Shown: positions 23,912-33,052 of the stretch, piece after piece
Layout: each line of letters opens with the position of its first letter
Numbering within the stretch: position 1 is the first letter of the stretch
Assembly: GCA_045542295.1 (NCBI GenBank)
Contig: JAZQKT010000007.1
Coordinates: 1-41,239, forward strand
DNA length: 41,239 nt
From: Acutalibacteraceae bacterium
Lineage (GTDB): Bacteria > Bacillota > Clostridia > Oscillospirales > Acutalibacteraceae
Reading direction: 5' to 3'
The notes under the pieces: generated by a model
The model's input: the letters and a program-made list of their open reading frames with translations, nothing else
Told to the model about the DNA's origin: nothing
Database searches by the model: none
Made by a program: the position numbers and the translations under genes

Positions 23912-24739
23912 TTATGATTCAGAGAATAATGTCTTTTTGTATTGCTTGGGAGATGCTCCAAACTTGGATTTAAAAAGAGATATAAAATAGCTCACATCGT
24001 TAAAACCGCTTTCTAATGCAACCTCTGTTACAGAGAGCTCAGAATTCAAGAGCAACTCTTTTGCGTCCTCTAATTTTAAGTTGTTACAATATTGACTGAA
24101 TGTTATGTTGTGTGTTTTTTTGAAATTGTGACTTATGTATGATTTGCTTCTGCGAAAGTGAACACATAAATCATCAAGTGTAGTATTAGTGTGATATTCA
24201 TTTAAATATTGTAATATTGCATTGCTTTCGGTTTGCGGATTTGCCATACAAAGGGAAAGCAGCTGACCCAGCATAATGCAAAGAGGAGGTATTACTGCAC
24301 GGCAAAGCTCTTCCTTAAACAAAGGCAAGGGTTTTAAAATTTTTTTCCATAGTTCATAGTTTAAAACATTTTCCGGTTGTTCTTTACGATAACCGCTTAC
24401 AGATACAAACCCCACAACCTCATCATTGATTAAAATAGGCGTTATATAGTCACATACACCGGCGTGACATACATTAAAAAAGCTTTCGTTATTTTTGAAT
24501 TTTTTATAACATTCCCGTTGCTCAAGTATACATTTGTTAACTTTGTTTATAGATTTTAAATTCTTTTTAACATTAGCACAATATGCATTTGTGTGATAGT
24601 TGAAGGGAGCAAGTTTCATATAATATTTTTTGGGAATTGAATTAATTAATTTTTCCGGAAAGTGAATAGATGTATTAAGATTGCAACCGTTGTTCAGGTA
24701 ATCAAGATATAAAACAATATTGTCCGTAAGCTTGTCCAT
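23912..24739 (-). CDS. AraC-family transcriptional regulator with an N-terminal PocR-like sensor domain
   Basis: C-terminal AraC HTH pair (TLDDLCVHFRRSKSYISHNFKK... / SVTEVALESGFNDVSYFISLFKSKFGASPKQY). The N-terminal Cys pattern ...CHAGVCDYITPILINDEVVGFVSVSG resembles PocR. Confidence 0.75.
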   Translation of the reverse strand: MDKLTDNIVLYLDYLNNGCNLNTSIHFPEKLINSIPKKYYMKLAPFNYHTNAYCANVKKNLKSINKVNKCILEQRECYKKFKNNESFFNVCHAGVCDYITPILINDEVVGFVSVSGYRKEQPENVLNYELWKKILKPLPLFKEELCRAVIPPLCIMLGQLLSLCMANPQTESNAILQYLNEYHTNTTLDDLCVHFRRSKSYISHNFKKTHNITFSQYCNNLKLEDAKELLLNSELSVTEVALESGFNDVSYFISLFKSKFGASPKQYKKTLFSES

Positions 24740-24860
24740 AAAATCACCTTTTGTGCATAAATTTCATATTTTTGAGCAGTATAGCCATAGAAAAAAGCAT
24801 TAAAATGCAATATAATTGTATCATAAGGCTTATAAAATTTCAATAAGGAGTGCTTTTGAA

Positions 24861-26645
24861 ATGCTTAACCAAAAAAATTTAGAATGTGATTTATGTGTAA
24901 TAGGCGGCGGTCTTGCCGGAATGATTGCGGCAATTTCTGCTGCACGAGAAGGCTTGCAGGTTGTCCTTATGCACGAACGTGCTGTTTTGGGCGGTAATGC
25001 CTCTTCGGAGATTAGAATGTGGGTTTCCGGAGCTGACGGCGATAACAACCGTGAAACAGGTATTCTTGAAGAAATTATGCTTGAAAACTGTTATCGCAAT
25101 CCCACAAGAAATTATCCGATTTGGGACAGCATACTTTACGGTTTTGTACGGCGAGAAAAAAATATAAACCTTTTGCTAAACTGTACTTGTATGGATGCGG
25201 ATATTACAAAAGGCGAATTTGCTTACGGCCGTAATGTCAAAATTAACTCGGTTAAGGGTTACCAGATGACTACTCAATGTTTTTATAATGTAAAGGCAAA
25301 ATATTTTTGTGACAGCTCGGGCGATAGTATCTTGGCTCCTTTGTGTGATGCCCAATTCCGCATTGGCAGAGAATCACGTGACGAGTTTTGCGAAACCACT
25401 CATGTTGTAGAAGCAGATGCTATGACAATGGGTATGTCGTGTCTTATAAGCGGAAAAGAAACGGAGCATAAGGTTGATTTTAAATCGCCTGAATGGGCCA
25501 CTAAACTTGAAGAAAAGCATTTTGTGTCCCGTAATCCCGATCCTCATATATACACCCAAAATTATTGGTATCTGGAGCTTGGCGGCGATAGGGATACTAT
25601 TGCCGATACCGAGCAGTTGCGTGACGAGTTGGTGTCTTTGGCATTAGGAACTTGGGATTACATAAAGAACAGTAAAAAGTATGATACGGAAAATTGGGAT
25701 TTGGATTTCTTGGGATTTTTGCCGGGCAAACGTGAGTCGCGCAGAATGTGCGGTGAATATATGATTACCCAACGGGATATTTCCGACGGTAAGGTTTTTC
25801 CTGATGAAATCGCTTTTGGAGGATGGCCTGTTGACGACCATTTTCCTGCAGGATTTTATCACAAAGGTACGCCTAATACCGATATTAAAACCCCGGCACC
25901 GTACTCAATTCCGTACCGTTCTCTTTATTCTAAAAATGTTCAAAACCTGTTTTTTGCAGGCAGAAATATAAGTATGACTCACACCGCTATGAGCAGCATA
26001 CGTGTTATGGCAACCTGTGCCCTTTTAGGAGAAGCGGTAGGTAAAGCGGCTGTGATTGCTTCGCAATACGGTGTAACACCGCACGATGTATATTTGCATC
26101 ATATTGAAAAAGTGCAAGAGCTTCTTTTGAATGAGGACAGCTTCTTACCGTCTAATCTGAGGAATATATCTGATATTTGTAAAAAAGCGCGACTATTAGG
26201 CGCTGATGAAAGGATACGTAATGCCCAGGACAGACCGCACAGACTATATAATACAAACAGTGAAAATTATGCTTGTAAGGTCTATGCCGGAAATGAGGTT
26301 TCTTATGAATTCCCAAAAACCGAAATTAAATCGGTACATATTGTTTTTGACAGTGACCTGAACCGTGATACATTGGATGGTGATTGGGTTCAGCGTAAGC
26401 GTCCAACCAGAATGAATGTGAAACGGTATGCTCCCAATTTAACCATGCCAAAAACTTTATGTAAAGAATTTAAACTTATTGGTGAATGCGAAGGTGAATG
26501 TGAAGAACTTTTATATATAACAGAAAATTGTAAGCGAGCATATCACTTGGAAATTAACAAACCTTTTGATAAATTAATTTTGGTTCCTATTTCCGATTGG
26601 GGAGATAATGAGCAAATAACTGTTGCTTCGTTTGATTTTTGTTAG
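24861..26645 (+). CDS. FAD-dependent oxidoreductase (FAD_oxidored/GlcNAc-PUL-type family), function unknown
   Basis: N-terminal dinucleotide fold DLCVIGGGLAGMIAAISAAREG. The ATG at 24861 follows AAGGAG. TATAAT at 24811-24816. Confidence 0.7.
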   Translation: MLNQKNLECDLCVIGGGLAGMIAAISAAREGLQVVLMHERAVLGGNASSEIRMWVSGADGDNNRETGILEEIMLENCYRNPTRNYPIWDSILYGFVRREKNINLLLNCTCMDADITKGEFAYGRNVKINSVKGYQMTTQCFYNVKAKYFCDSSGDSILAPLCDAQFRIGRESRDEFCETTHVVEADAMTMGMSCLISGKETEHKVDFKSPEWATKLEEKHFVSRNPDPHIYTQNYWYLELGGDRDTIADTEQLRDELVSLALGTWDYIKNSKKYDTENWDLDFLGFLPGKRESRRMCGEYMITQRDISDGKVFPDEIAFGGWPVDDHFPAGFYHKGTPNTDIKTPAPYSIPYRSLYSKNVQNLFFAGRNISMTHTAMSSIRVMATCALLGEAVGKAAVIASQYGVTPHDVYLHHIEKVQELLLNEDSFLPSNLRNISDICKKARLLGADERIRNAQDRPHRLYNTNSENYACKVYAGNEVSYEFPKTEIKSVHIVFDSDLNRDTLDGDWVQRKRPTRMNVKRYAPNLTMPKTLCKEFKLIGECEGECEELLYITENCKRAYHLEINKPFDKLILVPISDWGDNEQITVASFDFC

Positions 26646-26676
26646 TATATTAGAAGGCGGCTTAAAAAGGTGCATT

Positions 26677-28215
26677 ATGAATGAACGAAGAGTAAAAATT
26701 AAAGATAATGAGCATTGGTGGGGTGGTTGCTCCGACGATGGAATTATTATGCCGTTTGACAAAACGACAGTTTTTTCACGCAGTATTGACCCTAATACAA
26801 CCGACAATCAAGCGGTACCGTTGTTACTTTCAGACCAAGGCAGATATATATGGTCAGAAAATGGATTTTCATTTGAAATCAGCAACGGTGAAATTAAACT
26901 TTCTTCATTAAAAAATGAAATATTGCTTTATGAGGGCTATGAAAATTTGTCGGGTGCTTTTAAAGCGGCATCTGAAAAATATTTTCCGCCATCAAATAAA
27001 TATCCTGCGTTGAAATTCTTTAATGCTCCTCAATATAACACTTGGATTGAACTTACATTTGATCAAACCCAAGAAAATGTTATAAATTATGCAAAACAGT
27101 TGATTGATAATGGCTATCCTGCGGGAGTTTTAATGATAGATGACGGTTGGAGTCCCTACTATGGTAAATGGGACTTTAACCGAGAAGCATTCACAAATCC
27201 AAAAGAAATGGTAAAAAAGCTTCATGATAAGGGCTTTTCCGTGATGCTTTGGATTTGTCCCTTTATCACACCTGATACACTTGTTTTCAGAGAGCTTGGT
27301 AAGCAAGGTTTTTTGGTAAAAGACAAAACGGGGAATATTGCTGTCAGGAAATGGTGGAACGGTTTTTCGGCAATGTTGGATTTAAGTAATCCTAATGCTG
27401 TGAAATGGTTTAAATCGCAACTTGGCAATTTGATGAATAATTATGGGATTGACGGCTTCAAATTTGATGCCGGTGATGCACGTTATTATTATGATGATGA
27501 CATTACTTACGGTAACCTAGACGGAAATGCAATGAGCGAAGCTTGGGGTATGTTAGGTAAAGAGTATAGTTTTAATGAGTATAGGGCATGCTTTAAATGT
27601 GGTGGCGAGGCATTAGTGCAGCGTTTACGTGATAAAGCTCATAGTTGGGATAAAAATGGCGTGGCATCTCTCATTCCTTGCGCACTTGCACAAAGCATTA
27701 TGGGGCATCCTTATGTATGTCCGGATATGATTGGTGGCGGAGAGTACCAAAATTTTTCAGCCAATGCAGATAATCTTGACCAAGAGCTTTTTGTTCGTTA
27801 TTCTCAATGTGCAGCCCTTATGCCTATGATGCAATATTCTGCCGCCCCTTGGCGGGTGTTAGATAAAGAATATGCAAAACTATGTCTTGATTCTGCAAAA
27901 ACACATATCGAATATGCAGAAATAATAGTAAATCTTGTTAAACAGTCTGCAAAAACGGGAGAACCGATTATTCGCTATTTGGAATATGTTTTCCCGCATC
28001 AAGGTTTACATAATATAACAGATCAGTTTATGCTGGGTGACAGGATAATGGTGGCACCCGTTTATGAAAAGGGTGCCGTTTCGCGTACGGTTACCTTTCC
28101 GCGAGGTACTTGGAAGGATATAAACGGAAACTTTTATTACGGTGGAAAGGTTTCTATAGATGCTCCATTAAACATTTTACCGGTGTTTTTTCTTGACATA
28201 AATTACCTTAAATAG
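26677..28215 (+). CDS. Glycoside hydrolase family 31-like enzyme
   Basis: (beta/alpha)8 catalytic-region motifs LMIDDGW, MLWICPFI and GIDGFKFDAGD (cf. GH31 G.D.FK.D.GE). The ATG at 26677 is preferred over the in-frame upstream start. Confidence 0.7.
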   Translation: MNERRVKIKDNEHWWGGCSDDGIIMPFDKTTVFSRSIDPNTTDNQAVPLLLSDQGRYIWSENGFSFEISNGEIKLSSLKNEILLYEGYENLSGAFKAASEKYFPPSNKYPALKFFNAPQYNTWIELTFDQTQENVINYAKQLIDNGYPAGVLMIDDGWSPYYGKWDFNREAFTNPKEMVKKLHDKGFSVMLWICPFITPDTLVFRELGKQGFLVKDKTGNIAVRKWWNGFSAMLDLSNPNAVKWFKSQLGNLMNNYGIDGFKFDAGDARYYYDDDITYGNLDGNAMSEAWGMLGKEYSFNEYRACFKCGGEALVQRLRDKAHSWDKNGVASLIPCALAQSIMGHPYVCPDMIGGGEYQNFSANADNLDQELFVRYSQCAALMPMMQYSAAPWRVLDKEYAKLCLDSAKTHIEYAEIIVNLVKQSAKTGEPIIRYLEYVFPHQGLHNITDQFMLGDRIMVAPVYEKGAVSRTVTFPRGTWKDINGNFYYGGKVSIDAPLNILPVFFLDINYLK

Positions 28216-28240
28216 TATTATATAATAAAGACTAAATGCT

Positions 28241-28480
28241 TTGATGGGAATAAGTAGCTGATATTTTAAATTAAGAGAGAAAGCGGTTGGTGAAAGCTTT
28301 TTGAAAGATATTTAGCGAAGCTATCCCTGAGTAGCTCCCGAAAGGGCAGACGGCTGTCACCGTTAAATGACTTTGAGTGCAGAAATATTATTTCTGAATT
28401 CAGGTGATACCACGGATAGACTGATTCTTGTCAGACTAAACATTCGTCCTGAAGTCTTATGACTTCAGGATTTTATTTTT
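28241..28480 (+). promoter_or_regulatory. T-box riboswitch leader, apparent Ala (GCU) specifier
   Basis: Stem I with the AGTA S-turn strand, the AGAGA box (28274-28280) and the distal loop GGTTGGTGAAAGC. Specifier loop GAA-GCT-A (GCT at 28320-28322). Stem III hairpin at 28380-28396. T-box sequence AATTCAGGTGATACCACGG (28397-28415). TTCAGG can pair with CCTGAA (antiterminator), competing with the terminator TCCTGAAGTC-ttat-GACTTCAGGA + TTTTATTTTT (28447-28480). Confidence 0.8.
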
Positions 28481-28496
28481 AGGAGGTTTTACCGAG

Positions 28497-28979
28497 ATGA
28501 AATACGAAATACTCAAATTATTAGCCCGCAATGCGCGTTTTACTGCAGAGGAAATTGCAACAATGCTTGAGATAACCGAGCAAGAGGTTGAAAGCAGTAT
28601 TAAAGAGCTAGAAAAGGACGGGCTTTTAAAAGGCTATAAGGCGGTTGTTGACTGGGAAAAGCTTGACAGCGCTTATGTTTCGGCTATAGTTGAGCTTAAC
28701 GTTGTACCTAAAGCCGGCCTTGGCTTTGAAGAGGTTGCAAAAAAGATTATGGCATACAGTCAGGTTGAGTCGGTATATCTTATGTCGGGTGTTTATGACC
28801 TTAATGTTGTGGTTAAGGGTAAAACCTTGCGTGATGTTTCATCCTTTGTGGCAAAGGAGTTGGCAACTATAGATTCCGTAACCTCAACCACAACACATTT
28901 TGTAATGCGTAGATATAAGGAGCTTGATGTTGAGCTTATCTCTGCCGAGGAGGATGACAGGGGGCAACTCTGGGTATGA
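28497..28979 (+). CDS. Lrp/AsnC-family transcriptional regulator (AlaR/YugG-like)
   Basis: N-terminal HTH_AsnC (ILKLLARNARFTAEEIATMLEITEQEV) plus a C-terminal RAM/AsnC_trans_reg domain. 4-nt overlap with the downstream aminotransferase. Confidence 0.85.
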   Translation: MKYEILKLLARNARFTAEEIATMLEITEQEVESSIKELEKDGLLKGYKAVVDWEKLDSAYVSAIVELNVVPKAGLGFEEVAKKIMAYSQVESVYLMSGVYDLNVVVKGKTLRDVSSFVAKELATIDSVTSTTTHFVMRRYKELDVELISAEEDDRGQLWV

Positions 28980-30151
28980 TAGATTATTCAAAGGTTTTAA
29001 ATAAAACCGTTTTAGATATGAAGCCGTCGGGAATAAGAAAGTTTTTCGATATTGCCGCAACTATGGAGGATGTAATATCCTTAGGTGTCGGCGAGCCGGA
29101 CTTTCAAACCCCTTGGCAAATAAGAAAGGCCGGTATTGAGTCACTTGAGAAGGGAAAGACAAAGTATACCTCTAACAAGGGTGAAATAAGGCTTCTTAAT
29201 GAAATTTCAAAGTATATGAAGCGCAAATATGGGCTTTGTTATGAACCTGAAAATGAAATACTTGTAACTGTTGGCGGAAGTGAGGCTATTGATGCCTGCG
29301 TGAGAGCATTGGTCTCCTGCGGTGATGAGGTTATTATTCCGCAACCGAGCTATGTTTGCTATGAGCCCATAACCCGTCTTGCAGGCGGTGTGCCGGTTAT
29401 AATTAACACTAAAGCCGAAAATGATTTCAAGGTAACGCCTGAAGAACTGAAAAACGCTATTACCGATCGCACAAAGCTGATAATTTTGCCCTACCCATGC
29501 AACCCTACGGGAGCAATAATGGAAAAGCAGGATTTAATCGGGCTTTATGAGGTGATTAAGGATACAGATATAATTGTGTTATCTGATGAAATATATTCAG
29601 AGCTTACCTTTGGCGGCGTGTCGCATTGCTCACCCGCATCGGTTGAGGGAATGTGGGAAAGAACCGTTACAATTAACGGCTTTTCAAAGTCCTTTTCAAT
29701 GACGGGCTGGCGCTTGGGCTTTGCCTGCGGACCAAAGGAAATTATGGAGCAGCTTATTAAAATTCATCAGTATGCAATAATGTGCGCTCCTACAACATCG
29801 CAGTTTGCCGCTATTGAGGCACTAAAAAGCTGTGATGAGGATGTAGAGCATATGCACAAGGAATATAATATGCGCCGAAGAATTATGGTTTCGGGCTTTA
29901 ACAAAATCGGACTCACCTGCAGAGAGCCAAAGGGCGCTTTTTATGCATTTCCATCCATACAGTCCACAGGAATGAGCAGTGAGGAATTTTGTGAAAAGCT
30001 GCTTTACAGTAAAAAGGTTGCTGTAGTGCCGGGGACTGCTTTCGGTGACAGTGGTGAGGGCTTTATAAGAGCATCATACTGTTATTCTGTTGAGCATATT
30101 AATGAGGCTATAAAGCGCATAGGCGAATTCTTAAAGGAAATAAAGGCGTAA
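28976..30151 (+). CDS. Class I/II PLP-dependent aminotransferase (AlaT/YugH-like, probable alanine transaminase)
   Basis: PLP-Lys motif NGFSKSFSMTGWRLGF, NPTG motif (PCNPTGA), ~391 aa. The substrate is inferred from the Ala T-box and the AlaR-like partner. Confidence 0.8.
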   Translation: MIDYSKVLNKTVLDMKPSGIRKFFDIAATMEDVISLGVGEPDFQTPWQIRKAGIESLEKGKTKYTSNKGEIRLLNEISKYMKRKYGLCYEPENEILVTVGGSEAIDACVRALVSCGDEVIIPQPSYVCYEPITRLAGGVPVIINTKAENDFKVTPEELKNAITDRTKLIILPYPCNPTGAIMEKQDLIGLYEVIKDTDIIVLSDEIYSELTFGGVSHCSPASVEGMWERTVTINGFSKSFSMTGWRLGFACGPKEIMEQLIKIHQYAIMCAPTTSQFAAIEALKSCDEDVEHMHKEYNMRRRIMVSGFNKIGLTCREPKGAFYAFPSIQSTGMSSEEFCEKLLYSKKVAVVPGTAFGDSGEGFIRASYCYSVEHINEAIKRIGEFLKEIKA

Positions 30152-30163
30152 CGGAGAGGACTT

Positions 30164-30349
30164 ATGGACATAAATGTTGGCGATAAGCTTCAAATGAAGA
30201 AAAAACACCCTTGCGGGAATGATGTTTTTACCGTTACAAGAGTGGGAATTGACTTTAAGCTAGTGTGTGACGGCTGTGGACACGAGGTTATGGTGCCGCG
30301 TGTTAAGGCAGAAAAAGCACTCAAGAGGGTCATCCCCAAAACTACCTGA
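30164..30349 (+). CDS. DUF951-family small protein
   Basis: 61 aa with the KKKHPCG...W.V.R.G.D....C..CG pattern ([32 protein letters not shown]). Confidence 0.7.
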   Translation: MDINVGDKLQMKKKHPCGNDVFTVTRVGIDFKLVCDGCGHEVMVPRVKAEKALKRVIPKTT

Positions 30350-30366
30350 ACTATTGGAGTAAATAT

Positions 30367-31440
30367 ATGTTTGATAAACTTGAATCGGTTGTAAACCGAT
30401 ATGAACAGATTGGTGAAGAGCTTACTCATCCTGAAATAGTTTCCAACAATGAGCTTTTTAGAAAGCTTATGAAGGAGCATAGTGAGCTTACACCATTGGT
30501 TGAAAAATACCGCGAATATGCCCAGGCAAAGAATACCGAAAGGGAAGCACTTGAATTGCTTGCCGAAAGCGGACTTGACAAGGAGCTTAAGGAGCTTGCC
30601 GAGGAAGAATTAAAGCAAGCAAAGGAGAATATTGAAATATTCTCGGATGAGCTTAAAATCTTGCTTTTGCCTAAAGACCCTAATGACGAAAAGAACGTTA
30701 TAGTTGAAATCAGAGGCGGAGCAGGCGGTGAAGAGGCGGCTCTTTTTGCAGGCTCACTTTTCAGAATGTACACAATGTATGCAGAGAGCAGACGCTGGAG
30801 TATAGAGGTTGTATACGCTAACGAAACCGAGCTTGGCGGTTACAAAGAAATCAGCTTTATGATTGAGGGTGAGGGCGCTTATTCACGCTTTAAGTATGAA
30901 AGCGGAGTTCACCGTGTTCAGCGCGTACCCGATACTGAAACTCAAGGACGAATCCACACCTCAACCGTAACTGTTGCAGTACTTCCCGAGGCCGAGGATG
31001 TTGAGCTTGAAATAAATCCGAATGACCTTAAAATAGATACCTTCCGTTCATCGGGTGCAGGCGGACAGCACATTAATAAAACCTCATCCGCTATCCGTGT
31101 TACCCATTTGCCTACAGGTACTGTTGTTGAATGTCAGGATGAAAGAAGTCAGTTTAAAAATAAGGATAAGGCGCTTAAAATTTTGCGTTCACGCCTTTTG
31201 GATGTGGCTCAACGTGAGCATGATGAGGCTATTGCATCGGACAGAAAGTCACAGGTAGGTACAGGTGACCGAAGCGAAAGAATAAGAACCTATAACTATC
31301 CGCAGGGCAGAGTGACCGACCACAGAATCGGACTTACTCTTTATAAGCTTGAACAGATGCTTAACGGTGATATTGATGAGGTTGTAGATGCACTAATCAC
31401 TTACTACCGCACCGAGGCATTAAAGGAAGAACAGGAATAA
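30367..31440 (+). CDS. prfA: Peptide chain release factor 1
   Basis: GGQ motif [13 protein letters not shown]1-type PxT region [16 protein letters not shown]-terminal MFDKLE...RYEEL pattern. Confidence 0.95.
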   Translation: MFDKLESVVNRYEQIGEELTHPEIVSNNELFRKLMKEHSELTPLVEKYREYAQAKNTEREALELLAESGLDKELKELAEEELKQAKENIEIFSDELKILLLPKDPNDEKNVIVEIRGGAGGEEAALFAGSLFRMYTMYAESRRWSIEVVYANETELGGYKEISFMIEGEGAYSRFKYESGVHRVQRVPDTETQGRIHTSTVTVAVLPEAEDVELEINPNDLKIDTFRSSGAGGQHINKTSSAIRVTHLPTGTVVECQDERSQFKNKDKALKILRSRLLDVAQREHDEAIASDRKSQVGTGDRSERIRTYNYPQGRVTDHRIGLTLYKLEQMLNGDIDEVVDALITYYRTEALKEEQE

Positions 31441-31442
31441 AA

Positions 31443-33038
31443 ATGAAAACCGAAAAATTACGGCTTCAGGATGGCTACAATAAGGCTGTAGACCGAGCAA
31501 CCGAGATACTCCAAAACGGCGGTATTGTTGCAATTCCCACAGAAACGGTATACGGACTTGCGGCATCCGCCTATGATGAAAATGCCATTAAAAAGGTTTT
31601 TGTTGCCAAGGGAAGACCGCAGGATAACCCTCTCATTGTGCATATTTCGGATATGGATATGCTGAACGAGGTTGCCGCGGATATTCCAAAAGAAGCACTT
31701 AAATGTGCTGAAAGATTTTGGCCGGGACCCTTTACTATGGTGCTTAAAAGAACAAACAAAACAGCCCCTTGCGTATCAGCAGGTCTTGATACAGTTGCGG
31801 TAAGAATGCCGAGCGATGAGGTGGCTTTGGACATAATAAAAAGGAGCGGTCTGCCGCTTGCCGCACCGTCGGCAAACAGGTCGGGTTCACCAAGCCCCAC
31901 AAATGCCTTTCATGTTGAAAACGATTTGGACGGTAAAATAGATGCAATAGTTTTTGGCAGTGAGTGCGGTGTGGGAGTGGAATCTACGGTTGTTTCCTTT
32001 TGCTGCAATCCGCCCCGCCTTTTGCGACCGGGCGCTGTAACCTTTGAGGAGCTTTCAGAGGTTATCCCTGATATTACGCAGGATAAGGCAGTTTTAGCAG
32101 AGCCCCAAAGAGGTGAGGCTGTGGCCTCTCCCGGAATGAAATATAAGCACTATGCCCCAAAAACCGAAAGCTATTTGGTTGAGGGGGACGCTAAAAGCTT
32201 TGCCGAGCTTGTAAACAGTGAAGAAAACAGTCTTGCGGTTTGCTTTGAAGAGGAAGCCGGCTTAATTAAAATACCCAAGCTTGTTTACGGCAAGGAAAAA
32301 AATGAGTTCACTTTAGCGCACGAGGTTTTTTCGGTTTTGCGTAAGGTTGACAGCTTTGAGGTGGGACGTGTATTTATCCACGCTCCGTCAAAGCAGGGCG
32401 TTGGTTTGGCGGTTTATAACCGTCTTATAAGGGCAACGGGCTTTAGGGTTATAAAGCTTAATACAAAGGAAATAATCGGTCTTACAGGCCCTACGGGCGC
32501 TGGCAAGAGCAGTCTTACCGAAACCGCAAAGCATTACGGATATAAGGTGATTGATTGTGATGCTTTGGCGCGCAAGGCGGTTGAAAAGGGAACAAAAGGG
32601 CTTGAGGCATTAATAAAAGTCTTTGGAGAGGATATACTCCTATTAGACGGCAGTCTTAATCGCCGAGAATTGGCAAGAAAAGCTTTTTCAACTAAAGAAA
32701 ATACCGAGCTTTTAAATTCCACTTTATTTCCGTTTATTAAAGAGCTGGTAGAGCAGGAAATGGAAAATGTTCAAAGGGTTATTTTGGATGCCCCCACCTT
32801 GTTTGAAAGCGGGATCGATGCGGTTTGCACCAAAACTCTTGCTGTTTTGGCAAACAGCGATATTAGACTGAAAAGAATAATGGCGCGTGACGGATTAACA
32901 AAGGATGCGGCTTTGCTTAGAATGAATGCAGGCAAGGATGATGATTTTTATAAGCAAAGTGCCGATGCGGTGATTTTTAATAACGGAAATGCTGATGAGT
33001 TTATAGGTGAATTCAAAGCATTTTTAACTAATTTATAA
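31443..33038 (+). CDS. Fusion protein: L-threonylcarbamoyladenylate synthase (Sua5/TsaC, YrdC + Sua5 domains) + dephospho-CoA kinase (CoaE)
   Basis: Residues 1-~335 carry the YrdC fold (AIPTETVYGLAA, ...APSANRSG) and the Sua5 C-terminal domain (SPGMKYKHYAP). From ~345, the CoaE P-loop IIGLTGPTGAGKSS runs through to the C-terminus. It is a single uninterrupted ORF. Confidence 0.85.
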   Translation: MKTEKLRLQDGYNKAVDRATEILQNGGIVAIPTETVYGLAASAYDENAIKKVFVAKGRPQDNPLIVHISDMDMLNEVAADIPKEALKCAERFWPGPFTMVLKRTNKTAPCVSAGLDTVAVRMPSDEVALDIIKRSGLPLAAPSANRSGSPSPTNAFHVENDLDGKIDAIVFGSECGVGVESTVVSFCCNPPRLLRPGAVTFEELSEVIPDITQDKAVLAEPQRGEAVASPGMKYKHYAPKTESYLVEGDAKSFAELVNSEENSLAVCFEEEAGLIKIPKLVYGKEKNEFTLAHEVFSVLRKVDSFEVGRVFIHAPSKQGVGLAVYNRLIRATGFRVIKLNTKEIIGLTGPTGAGKSSLTETAKHYGYKVIDCDALARKAVEKGTKGLEALIKVFGEDILLLDGSLNRRELARKAFSTKENTELLNSTLFPFIKELVEQEMENVQRVILDAPTLFESGIDAVCTKTLAVLANSDIRLKRIMARDGLTKDAALLRMNAGKDDDFYKQSADAVIFNNGNADEFIGEFKAFLTNL

Positions 33039-33052
33039 AGGAGTATTTAAGT

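Noticed and set aside
30367-31440. The RF1 tripeptide region reads P-D-T rather than the more familiar PAT/PET/PVT.
   Set aside because: The middle position of the PxT motif is variable among RF1 proteins. The GGQ motif and the overall sequence are canonical. This is not evidence of altered stop-codon recognition.
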